Assembly (NCBI GenBank): GCA_951406725.2
Contig: OX597822.1
Coordinates: forward strand, 9,610,001-9,674,000
Length of the DNA stretch: 64,000 bases
Direction of reading: 5' to 3'
From: Octopus vulgaris
Taxonomy: Eukaryota
Part shown: piece by piece, positions 52,707 to 64,000 of the stretch
Position numbering within the stretch: position 1 is the stretch's first letter
Layout: each line of letters begins with the position of its first letter
Notes under the pieces: model-generated
The model's input: the letters and a program-made list of their open reading frames with translations, nothing else
Told to the model about the DNA's origin: nothing
Databases searched by the model: none
Position numbers and translations under genes: made by a program

Positions 52707-53867
52707 CAAACCTTTCATAGAGGTGTCTCCAAACTTTCTGCTTCCCCTCTGGCTAAATAAACCCGTGATAAACCAAGCGAGACGGTACGAGGTGGTTAAA
52801 CATTCAATTCGATAGTTTCCGTGAGCACGTGTTGTCTTGCCAACCGTCAGTTGACGAATCGGTGCGTGCAGGTGCTTCGTTATATCTACATTCCACAACA
52901 CGTGCTCACGGAATCTATCGAAATGAACGTTTACAAATTTCAAGTGAAGACGAAACATCACCTTGTATTTTTCTGAAGGTGTTTGAATAAAAACAGTTTA
53001 GGTAAAGGTACCGTCGTGTAGTCATGGCATTTTTAATGCCTGGATGATTAGTGCTGACCTGGAGAATGACTAGATGGCCACTCAGACTGCAAGAAATAGC
53101 AACTAAATATCATTCAAATAAAACTCTGCGGTCAGAGTTCTGATCGAATCACTCTATTTAACTTCCTGTAACTTTTAATTTCTTGGTATTTTCGGGAATT
53201 TTTTTGTGTATTTGAGCTCTACACACCAACTCGTACGATAAACAAGAAAAAAAGTGTAAATAAAGAATACGTAAACCCGATATTTAGGGTTGGGTTTAGG
53301 GTTAGGCTTTATGTTACCCCGAAAACACGCGTGGTGTACGTATTCTTTACCTCGGCCGCCACCCAGATTTTCTTTTCCCAACTCATAAAGTTTAAAACTT
53401 CGACTTTCTTTTATTTTATCACTGTTTAAAAATACAGTCTGTCATTTGTCTTTATTTATAATTTCAAAATTATTTTTTAAATCCTTTAAAATCCTAATTG
53501 AAAAAGTTTTAAAAGATTCGCGCAAGCACACCATGTGGGCGGTCAAATTTTCTGTTTTTATGGTAATTCATATCATAATTGATACAACTATTAAGAATAA
53601 AGTGAAAATACTTTATCTGTAATTATAAAATAAATTAATGACGCATCGAAGAAGCCGTTTTGTGGTAACGTGTTGCAAATAGAAAAAAATAAAAAATTGT
53701 CAAAATTCCTTCAAACCAAAACCTACAACTTTAATTAATTAAATAAATACATCGTCAAAGTTTCTTTGATACGAATCCAGAAGAGAAAAGTAAATGCTGG
53801 GATGTTTAGACAAAAATAAATTACGACATTACGAAAACGAAATTTTTAAGAGACACACACACACACA

Positions 53868-54215
53868 CACAGTTCTATATACACCTGTTCTATACACACA
53901 AAGTTCTATATACATACAGTTCTATACACACAAAGTTCTATATACACAAAGTTCTATACACCAGTTCTATACACACACAGTTCTATATACACCAGTTCTA
54001 TACACCCATTTCTAAATACACCAGTTCTATACACACACAGTTCTATATACACCAGTTCTATACACACAAAGTTCGATATACACCAGTTGTATACACACAA
54101 AGTTCTATATACACCAGTTGTATACACACACAGTTCTATATACACCAGTTGTATACACACAAAGTTCTATATACACCGGTTCTATACACCAGTTCTATAT
54201 ACACCAGCTGTATAC
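53868..54215. repeat. Minisatellite of alternating ~17/19-bp units (CCAGTTCTATACACACA / (A/C)AGTTCTATATACA)
   Basis: About 20 AGTTCTATA-type cores in tandem. Confidence 0.9.
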
Positions 54216-54556
54216 AGACGCAGTGACGTGTGCAAGCTTATATTTTGAATTCCTTTAACATTTCCCTATTTCTTTTCCTAAATCATCCTCTTTTTCCTAA
54301 ATATATCTTTTGATATTCCTGATAATGAGGAAGATAAAAAAAAAAGAGAAAATAATGACATCATCAAATATTAATTAAGATTTCTCGAGTCCTGACAAAA
54401 GCTCCATTTTGTATTGCAACATCGAAAAATTACAAATAAAAATTATTAAAGGAAAGTTAAAGATGTTTATAAAAACACAAATGAGGACTAAAAGAACGAA
54501 TGTATGTATATAATGATGTATATATATATCCGATATAGAGGGACAACGAAACTTAC

Positions 54557-54640
54557 CTCAACTTTCCAAAACTTTCCCGCCTGGGAGTGAGCAACTTCTT
54601 TAATTACACAAGGAAGATACGAAACTTAGACATTGAGACA
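54557..54640 (-). promoter_or_regulatory. Candidate non-coding first exon / promoter region of Mis12
   Basis: Strong donor GAG|GTAAGT at 54557/54556 and E2F-type site TTTCCCGCC at 54573-54581. Surrounding 52.7-54.9 kb looks CpG-retaining and poor in the common SINEs. The 5' boundary is a guess. Confidence 0.45.
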
Positions 54641-54849
54641 TATATATAAGAGTATATATGTATATATAAGAGTATATATGTATATAATGTTTGTTATAAA
54701 TAAAGTATTTACGTACTTAGTTTAAAAAATCAGAAAAATTCATTTACATCTTTATAATTGTAATTAATTATAACTTTAGTATAAAAACTAGACACGTATT
54801 TGGCCGAAGTTTCGAATCCTACTATTCTTACTGATTAACTTTTACATTT

Positions 54850-55236
54850 ATATTTTTATTTATTTATTTATTTATTTATTTCTCCTCTCTCTCTCTCTCT
54901 CTCTCTCTTTCACACTCACATGCTCACACACACACACACACACATACACTCACACACATACGCGCGCGCGAGCGCACACGTACACTCACACACAGACACA
55001 CATACATACACTCACACATAAACTCAGACACACACACACATACACTCACACACACAGACACACAGACACACACATACACGCACACATAAACACACACACA
55101 CACACACACATACACTCACACACATACACTCACACACGCACACACACATACACTCACACACATACACTCACACACACATACACTCACACACAGACACACA
55201 AACATACACACGCACACACACGCACACACACACACA
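54850..55236. repeat. Compound (TTTA)n-(CT)n-(CA)n microsatellite
   Basis: Direct inspection. Confidence 0.95.
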
Positions 55237-56100
55237 AAGAACTTTAATTTTTGCCGACCAAATTCACTCATAAGGTTTTTGGTCCTCATGAGACTATTAG
55301 ACAAGGGTGCCCTAAGGTACAGGTATCACATAGTGGGATTGAACCTGAAAGCTATGTGGCTGGGAAGCAACCAGGTTATTTTTCTTTTCTCTGCTATTTC
55401 AGCTTGACAACTGGTGTTGGTATGTTTGTGTCCCTGTAGCCTAGCAGTTTGGCCCAACAGACCAATAGAATAAGTACCAAGCTTACCATCTAGGTGATTG
55501 TTTACTTTTAGAATGACATTGTAGGGCATGTGCAAGAGGCAAGATCTGGCCAGTTTGAACATAAAATAGGCAGAATATTTTGGGTGGATATGGCTGGTTT
55601 GAATGCCAAAGGGTTACAAAAAAGTAAGTCCTGGGGTTAATTTGTTAGACTAAAAAACCCTTCAAATTGCAAACATAATTGTGTGCCAAGAAGCTTGCTT
55701 CTCAACCACATGGTTCCAGGTTCTGTCTTACTGCATGGCACCTTGGTCAAGTGTTTTCTACTATAGCCTCAGGCTGACCAAAGCCTTGTTAGTGGATTCG
55801 GTAAACAGAAACTGAAAGAAGTCTGGCACCTGTGCGGGTGGCACGTAAAAAGCACCCACTACACTCACAGAGTGGTTGGCCTTAGGAAGGGCATCCAGCC
55901 GTAGAAACATTGCCAGATCAGACTGGGCCTGGTGCACCCTTCTGGCTTCCCAGACCCCAGTTGAACCGTCCAACCCATGCTAGCATGGAAAGCGGACGCT
56001 AAACAATGATGATGATGATGATGATGATATACACACACACACACAGAAACACATACATACGTACATATATACATATATATATGTATATACATACATACAT

Positions 56101-57292
56101 ATCTGATCTGGCAGAGTTTCTACAGCTGGATGCCCTTCCTAATGCCAACCACTCCGCGAGTGTAGTGGGTGCTTTTTACGTGCCACCTGCACAGGTGCCA
56201 GGGGGATCCGGCATCGGCCACGATTGGTTGGAGCTTTTAACGTGCCACCAGCACAGGAGCCAGCCAAGGTGGCGCTGCCAACGGCCACGTTCGGATGGTG
56301 CTTTTTATGTGCCACCGCCACAGGTATCACAACTACTATTTCCATTGATATTTATTTCGATGTTCATGTTCATGTACTTGACTCAACAGGTCTCCTCAAG
56401 CACAGCGGGACGTTCTAGAATCCAGGGTATTTTGAATGGGCAGGGGCTATGCGGAACTGGTGCAGGAAGCAGCCCGGGTCTTTGCAGTCACAGCATACCT
56501 CCAGAGATCTCGGTCCTTCGCCATTGCCTCAGTGAGGCCCAACGCTCTGGAGTCATGCTTGACTACCTCATCCCATGTCCTCCTGGGTCTACCTCTCCCC
56601 CTGATACCTTCAACTGTTTGGGAGTGGCACTTATTCATCCATCCGCAGTACATGACCATACCATCGCAAGCGTCGCTCTTGCACACCACATCTGATGCAT
56701 CTTATGTCCAGCATTTCTCTCAGGGTGCTTACACTCTGTCGTGCATGCACACTGACATTACACATCCAGCAGATCATGCTAGCTTCATTTCTTTCAAGTC
56801 TACGCATGTCCTCTGCAGTCACAGCTCATGTTTCACTACCGTGAAGCATGGCAGTTCACACACATGCATCATACAATCTACCTTTCACTCTGAGCGAGAG
56901 ACCCTTTGTCACCAGTAGGGGTAGGAGCTTTCTGAACTTTGCCCAGGCTATTCATATTCTAGTGGTGATACTCTCTGAGCATCCACCTCCACTACTAACT
57001 TGGTCACCCAGGTAGCGAAAACTATCAACTACTTCTAGTTTCTCCCCCTGGAGTGTGATGGAATCTGTTTTCTATGTGTCTGTGGTGTTTATTGTCCCTG
57101 TGCATCTGCCGCACATGAAAGCTATCTTATCAGTTAATTTCCCTTTGATGTTGCTGCACCTCTTATGCGTCCATAGCTTACATTGGGTGCATCTTATGGA
57201 GTTTCTACCTACACCTTTCCTACAGATCGAGCAGGGCCACCTGCCCGAGGGGGTGTGTGCTGAGTTTGCCTTTCTGCTTACTATAACTTTGG
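56101..57292 (-). mobile_element. RTE-clade LINE, 3' ~1.2 kb
   Basis: MTAEDMRRLERNEASMICWMCNV, ERRLRWYGHVLRM and GRGRPRRTWDEVVKHD..LGLTEAMAKDRDLWR, followed by the 3'UTR shared with many short tails. Confidence 0.9.
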
Positions 57293-57654
57293 TCGTTGCT
57301 ACATTTACTCTAATATATATCTATACATACATACATATATATCTGTGTGTGTGTCTTTGTGTCTGTGTTTGTCCCCTACCATCACCACTTGATAACTGGT
57401 GCTGGTGCGTCCCCGTCTCCATAACTTAGCAGTTCAGGCAAAACAAAATGCTAGAATAAGTATTAGGCTAAAAGAGAAATAAGTCCTTGGGTTGATTTGT
57501 TCCTCTAAAACCCTTCAACACGGTGCTCCAGAATGGCTAAAGTCAAACGGCTGAAACTAGTAAAACTATGAAAAGAAATAATGGAGGTGGATCCAGCATG
57601 GACACAATCAAATGGTTGAAACAGGTAAAAGAAAAAGATACAAAAAGATTTGTT

Positions 57655-58780
57655 TGCAAAGTCTTGAAAGGAGTGAAACTAGCATGCTCGGCTGGATGGG
57701 TAATGTCAGTGTGCATGCATGACAGAGTGTAAAAAGAGGAAAACCAGGTAGAAGAGGCATCAGATGTTGTGTGCAAGAGAGAAGACTGCACTGGTTTTGG
57801 TCATGTGATGCGTATGGATGAGAACAGCTGTGTAAAGAAGTGCCAAGCCCTAATTTTAGTGGCGGGGGGGGGGGGCTGTGGAAGGGGTAAACCCAGGAAG
57901 ATGTTGGACGAAGTGGTAAGAAAGGATCTTCGGATGCTGGGCCTCACTGAAGAAATGACAGAAAGGATCTTCGGATGCTGGGCCTCACTGAAGAAATGAC
58001 AGAAAGGATTTTTGAATGCTGGGCCTCACTGAAGAAATGACAGAAAGGAACTTCGGATGCTGAGCCTCACTGAAGAAATGACAGAAAGGATCTTCGGATG
58101 CTGGGCCTCACTGAAGAAATGACAGAAAGGATTTTTGAATGCTGGGCCTCACTGAAGAAATGACAGAAAGGATCTTCGGATGCTGAGCCTCACTGAAGAA
58201 ATGACAGAAAGGATCTTCGGATGCTGGGCCTCACTGGAGAAATGACAGAAAGGATTTTTGAATGCTGGGCCTCACTGAAGAAATGACAGAAAGGAACTTC
58301 GGATGCTGAGCCTCACTGAAGAAATGACAGAAAGGATCTTCGGATGCTGAGCCTCACTGAAGAAATGACAGAAAGGAACTTCAGATGCTGAGCCTCACTG
58401 AAGAAATGACAGAAAGGATCTTCGGATGCTGGGCCTCACTGAAGAAATGACAAGGGACCAGAAGATAAGGCGATTTACTGTACTTGATAAGGTGTATCAA
58501 GCTAAGTAAGATCGCTATCTCCCACACATACAGGCTAGTCCTTTCAGGTGCTGGGGCCACTTAAAAAGTACCCATGCTGGTGTTGTGTTAATGCACCCAT
58601 GCCGGTTGCATGTAAAAAGCACCCGGCACATTCTGTGAAGTGGTTGGCATCAGGAAGGGCATCCAGACATAGAAACCATGCCACAATAGACAGTTGGAGT
58701 TTGGACAGCACCCTGTTAACCAGCTCCATGTCAGACCATCCAGCCCATGCCAACATGGAAAGCGGATGTTAAACGATCAA
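57655..58780 (+). mobile_element. RTE-clade LINE 3' fragment containing an internal minisatellite expansion
   Basis: GHVMRMDENSCVKKC, GRGKPRK.LDEVVRKDLRMLGLTEEMT, then tail ending AACATGGAAAGCGGATGTTAAACG. Confidence 0.8.
57920..58452 (+). repeat. 41-bp minisatellite, 13 copies (GGATCTTCGGATGCTGGGCCTCACTGAAGAAATGACAGAAA)
   Basis: Exact 41-bp period (units start 57924, 57965, 58006 ... 58416), no spacers. Confidence 0.97.
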
Positions 58781-58971
58781 GATGATGGTGTTGCAGTCCA
58801 CTGATGACCAACTGCAACTTGAATTTACACCACTCAGCTTTAGTCCCAGTTGGCTACTGCCATTACTGATTCAACACCTTCTGTTTCAGTCCACAGAATT
58901 CAGCAGCTCCTACAGTCTATCGTATTTGCTGACATTAATCTCATTGGAAATATTAAACTGATTCATTTTGA

Positions 58972-59201
58972 TTATCCCTTTCGATACCAACCTGGCTGAA
59001 ACTGCCTCTAGCTCTGTAGTACCGATGTCTTGTTTTCATAAGTTTTGAATTAAAATCTTCCATCAAACCTTAGTCACAATTTATGTTCCTAACACTAGCT
59101 TAATGATGATTAAGTTATTTTACTAAATTCTTTGTTATATTTAAAATTATTTGAAAGAAACACAGAGCATCTCAATAGAAATACAGTAACGAAAGGGTTA
59201 A
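58972..59201. mobile_element. piggyBac-like MITE family 1
   Basis: CCCTTTCGATAC ... GTAACGAAAGGG-TTAA. Confidence 0.8.
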
Positions 59202-59620
59202 AGAGTCTTCTTTTCTATTGCTTGTCATAACAAGAACATTTTTGTTAGCTGTAAATATGTATTTTGTATTTGGAATATCAAACAGACTTCTTGTTTATCT
59301 ATCTCTTAACCCAACCAAAATATACTATTATTATTACTTGAAAACTACAGATCTAAGCCATTACCGAAACTAAAATTTGTAAAGCTTTCCAGAAGTTTAT
59401 CATTTAAGTATATATGAGCATGGCTTGATATGCAAGTATATGCATGAAAATACATACATAAAGCAAAATATACAAATCTGCACATATACATACATATATA
59501 CATACATACAAAAATACCCTGTTGATGTTGAAATTCTAATGAAGGAATCTTGAATCTAGGTTAGAAACTGGCCCTTTCTCTATTGGCAAGAAATTTTGAA
59601 ATACAACGGAATAATGACAA

Positions 59621-59907
59621 ACATACATACATACATACATACATACATACATACATACATACATGCATACTTACATACGTACATACATACATACATACAT
59701 ACATACATACATGCATGCATGCATACATACATGCATACATACATACATACATACATACATGCATGCATACATACATACATACATACATACATACATACAT
59801 ACATACATACACACACACACATACATACATACATACATACATACATACACACATACATACATACATACATACATACATACATACATACATACATACATAC
59901 ATACATA
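59621..59907. repeat. (ATAC)n microsatellite
   Basis: About 70 units with ATGC variants; explains the MYVC/HTYI ORFs. Confidence 0.97.
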
Positions 59908-60559
59908 AATATAGATATATAAATGTGGAAATGAGATGAGCTGGAAGGAAAGGGCTGTGATGTCAATGGCTAAGGGGCCTGACTGGAACAGGTAGGGTGA
60001 GAGAGGAAGTGAGGGAAGGAAGACCAGGGTCAGCCTTTTTCGGCTTGGGACACTTGCTGCAAACAGATGGGAGTGGAATGAGCTAGAAGGATTGGTAGTA
60101 GCAGCTGCTTACATTAGAGTGGCACTGGAAAGGGGAGCCCTAGAGGCTGAAGAACAGGCTGAGCAGCTACCAGCATACCTATTTCTTTATTACCCACAAG
60201 GGGCTAAACATAGAGGGGACAAACAAGGACAGACATAGGTATTAAGTCGATTACATCGACCCCAGTGCGTAACTGGTACTTAATTTATCGACCCCGAAAG
60301 GATGAAAGGCAAAGTCGACCTCGGCGGTATTTGAACTCAGAACGTAGCGGCAGATGAAATACCGCTCAGCATTTCGTCCGGCGCGCTAACGTTTCTGCCA
60401 GACCAGCATACCTTGAAAGGACGTGCCAGGAGTGAGCTTGAAGGAGAGGTGGATTAAGGAGAGTGTCCTTATCCAGTGGAAGGAGGTGGTGGTGAGTGGA
60501 GTGCTATCACTAATGGCAGTGTGCAGTGAACAAAGGGCAAAGTCAGGTCAGAACTGGAC

Positions 60560-60965
60560 TTTTGGGAGATAAATGGCCATGTATTGTGCTATACTGGTGG
60601 TGAGGCAACTGATGTCTGTGGTGAAACACTGCACAAATTGAAGCTAATGATGAAGGTGACAATGATTGTTGACTTGAAGTCGGCATATTTGCAGGTCCAT
60701 GTGTGCTAGAAACTGTGACAATACCAGCTGGTGTGATATAAGGGCCAGACAAACGGTTTGACTAGGCTGGGTTTCAGGCTAAATTCTGTGCCAAAGATCA
60801 TGGTAACAGTGTTCAAGTCTATCCTGGGAAAGGTGGACAGCATAAGAAGGGCCACCAATTCCTATATAGATGATATCTTGGTAGATGAGACCATAGTGTC
60901 TGCCACATACATTATAAGTCAGCTCAAGAAGTTCGAACAGATTGTGAAGCCAATGGTTGGAGGAG
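60560..60965 (+). mobile_element. Decayed Ty3/Gypsy-like reverse-transcriptase fragment
   Basis: VDLKSAYLQV and TRLGFRLNSVPKIM...NSYIDDILV resemble RT motifs (DL..AY.Q, RLPFGL, YxDD). Confidence 0.7.
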
Positions 60966-61289
60966 CTGCAAAATCTAAACACTAATATTTATATCACTGT
61001 GATCACCTTGACCGACCAGGCTATCAGATGTTGCTACACATCACTGGTCACAATTTGAAGCGCATTGTTTTAGCCTTCAAATGACGCCATCCCGCTGGCT
61101 AAGCGAGCAGGCCAACAGAAGAAAGAGTGAGAGAAAGTTGCTGTGAAAGAGTACAGCAGGGATCGCCACCACCCACTGCCGGAGCCTCGTGGAGCTTTAG
61201 GTGTTTTCACTCAATAAACACTCACAACGCCCGGTCTAGGAATCGAAACTGCGATCCAACAACCACGAGTCTGCTGCCCTAACCACAAA

Positions 61290-62330
61290 AATGGCACAAG
61301 AACACAAAACATCCAGACAGACGATACAAAGAAAACAATGATGGGTCATTTGGAGTTTTCTTTCCTCAGTCAACTTCCAGATTATCTTTGCAATTTTGGC
61401 TAGTTATAATCGAGATTGCTCCAATCTGGCCTGCTCCAAGAAAAAACTAAGCTAAGAGCATTAGATTCCTAGGAAGAAAGCAGCAAATGTATACGAAAAC
61501 AAGGACGGAAAAAAACGGAGAAATGGTACACAAATACAAATAAGAGGACATTAACAACGGGTGTCTTTCGACTAAGTGCAAATTAAATTAAGCTGGTGTG
61601 TATGGAAGTAAAGCCTTAAGATTTGACAGGGACATAAGATTTGACAGGGACATAAGATTTGACAGGCACAGGGAGAAATATAGATGTTGCACGGATTGTA
61701 GTCGAACCAAGAAAGAAAGGTCAGGCTTGGCCAAACACCAGTCACGTGGGTAGAGAAGAGAGAAAGATAGAGGCAGAGGGACAGAAGAATTAAGGAGGGG
61801 CGAGAAAAAAAATGAAAGGAACAGAATGAAGTGAAAGAAGAGGGAAAGTGAGCATGAAGAGAAAAGCTAGGAAATGTGAGAGAGGGGAAATGAAAGAACG
61901 AAGAGTGGAATGAACAAAGTAAGTGTGAAGGGGAGGAGAGGAAGAAGGAAAAAATGAAAGAGTAGAAAGAATAATACAAAATTTAGATATATATATTTAC
62001 ATATAAGAGACCAAAGTGTACATACCTTGTGCCTGTCAAAACTTATGTCCCTGCCGTAACGCTTTACTTCCATACACGCCAGCTTAATTTAATTCATCCT
62101 TAGTCGAAAGATACCCATATTTGTGTACCATCTTTCCGTCCTTGTTTTCATATACATTCACTGCTTTCTTCCAAGGAATCTAGTGCTCTTAGTTTAGTTT
62201 TTCCTTGGGGCTGGCCAGATTGGAGCAATCTTGAGTATAACCAGCTGAAATTGCAAAGATAATCTGAAATTCAACTGAGGAAAGAAAACTCCAAATAACC
62301 CGTCCTTGTCCCATTTTTGTATTTTTTATA
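61290..62330. mobile_element. Inverted pair of Penelope-like remnants (~61340-61650 and ~62030-62310) around a GA-rich spacer
   Basis: The arms are diverged reverse complements; the left arm has a 3x tandem TAAGATTTGACAGGGACA. The family assignment is inference. Confidence 0.55.
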
Positions 62331-62374
62331 TATAAAAATATAGCAGTGTACCTATACTTTGGTCTCTTATGTAA

Positions 62375-62425
<51 letters not shown>

Positions 62426-63387
62426 TATATACACATATACATATACATATATATATGTATGCATGTGTGTGTGTATGTATGTATGCATGTGTATATATTC
62501 CTTCTTATCCAGTACATATAATACCAAATAAAAATAATAAATATTGAAAATTAATACTAGACTTTTGAGATGAAATTCCTCAAAAATCTTAAAACTACAA
62601 TAAATATAATGCTTAACCAGAAAAAGAAAAATAATAGAATTATAAGTTGTTACTTACTCTGTTTAAAAAGCAAATTTAGAAATTAAATCTTTGCTAGTAT
62701 AATTGAGTCAGCATTGAACAAATGTAAATTGTTCGGCATTTCAAGCATTACAACTGCACATCTGAGTTAGATATGCATTAATAGTACCAGTTTGTTTAGT
62801 GTTCCTTCAAGGTAAGCAATAATCTTGGCAATATTTTTCACGTTGTTCCAGGCCATATTTCTCAGAGACAACAGCTCCAAGCTTTCAAAGTTGAATTTTA
62901 CTTCTTAAATCTGTTTTGATAACATTCATGCTATGAAATAAACTTTCTACCTCAGGCGGTGATCTGGCAGAAATGTTGGCACGCCGGGCAAAATGCGTAG
63001 CTGCATTTCGTCTGCCGTTACATTCTGGGTTCAAATTCCGCCAAGGTCGACTTTCCATTCATCCTTTCGGGGTCAATAAATTAAGTACCAGTTACACACT
63101 GAGGTCAATGTAATCGACTTAATCCGTTTGTCTGTCCTTGTTTGTCCCCTCTATGTTTAGCCCCTTGAGGCTAATAAAGAAACAGAAATAAGCTTTCTAC
63201 CTCGGTGTTTGCATTAGGCAATATTAGGGGATTAAGGTTTAGTACTGCTATATCTCAAAAGGGATTTACTCCAATAGTAATTTCTGTCTAAAATTTTCCT
63301 GGAATTAGTAGTCTTGATTAACTGACCCAAATGAAACTACCTTTGGTTCAATGATACAAAACTCCCTTCTCAGGCGTGGCTCGTAAG

Positions 63388-63835
63388 TGCAGGCGTGGCT
63401 GTGTGGTAAGAAGCTTGCTTCCCAACGACATGGTTCTGAGTTCAGTCCCACTGTGTGGTACTTTGGGCAAGTGTCTTCTACTATAAACTCAGACCAGCCG
63501 AAACCTTCTGAGTGTATTTGGTTGAGGGAAACTGTAAAAAGCCATCACGTGTGTGTGTGTGGTGTGTGTGTGTGTGTGTGTGTGTGTATGCGTGTGTGTG
63601 TGTGTGCATGTGTGTGTGTGTGTGTGTGTGTGTCTTTGTGTGTGTCTTTGTGTCAGTGTTTGTTCGCCACCACCGCTTTGACAACTGGTGTTGGTGTGTT
63701 TACATCCCTGTAACTTAGCCATTTGGTGAAGAGATCGATAGAATAAGTACCAGGCTTAAAGAGAAAGAAAAAAATGTACTAGAGTTAATTCATTCGACTA
63801 AAAATTCTTTATGGTGGTGCCCCAGCATGGCCACA
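63388..63835 (+). mobile_element. SINE A, diverged, with expanded (TG)n
   Basis: Family A head, core and tail present. Confidence 0.8.
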
Positions 63836-64000
63836 GACTACATTTATATTATACATTATGCACACACATACACACACATACAAAATTGTCAAATAGATAT
63901 AACTATTTGACCACAAATATTTGAGTCTTCTAAGTTATACCAATGAATAAGGAATTCTATAAATGTGTAAATATATGCAAAAACCAGATGAAAGGGAAAC

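Noticed and set aside
56006-56918. 229-aa and 160-aa plus-strand ORFs
   Set aside because: They are the antisense of an RTE LINE plus microsatellite.
57920-58452. CRISPR-like array
   Set aside because: Units are contiguous with no unique spacers, derive from a LINE ORF, and there are no cas genes; the context is eukaryotic.
62650-62912. Possible exon of a second gene
   Set aside because: Splice-like signals occur on both strands, but every acceptor-to-donor frame I tried has stops and no recognisable motif.

Overview
AT-rich, repeat-saturated animal genomic DNA. The repeat repertoire suggests a coleoid cephalopod such as Octopus (inference). The long six-frame ORFs are mostly microsatellite or repeat read-throughs. 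The one host gene I can support is on the minus strand: a kinetochore Mis12 homologue with four coding exons (35436-35349, 33659-33592, 27435-27337, 9887-9747). They splice in frame at canonical GT-AG sites into 132 aa. I could not find the C-terminal exon(s), which probably lie left of the window. A candidate non-coding first exon/promoter with an E2F site lies near 54.6 kb. The rest is tRNA-derived SINEs, RTE, CR1 and Gypsy fragments, non-autonomous Helitrons, piggyBac- and Tc1/pogo-type MITEs, Penelope-like remnants and satellites. The most notable structures are: (1) a 179-bp, 177/179-identical inverted duplication bracketing the two N-terminal Mis12 exons (circRNA, exon-skipping or ADAR candidate); (2) a 41-bp minisatellite born from an RTE ORF, with a 3-mer higher-order pattern; (3) a minimal hammerhead-like motif; (4) an LTR-like, promoter-motif-rich island; (5) many fold-back repeat pairs. 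Coordinates and identities were read by eye, and repeat boundaries are approximate.
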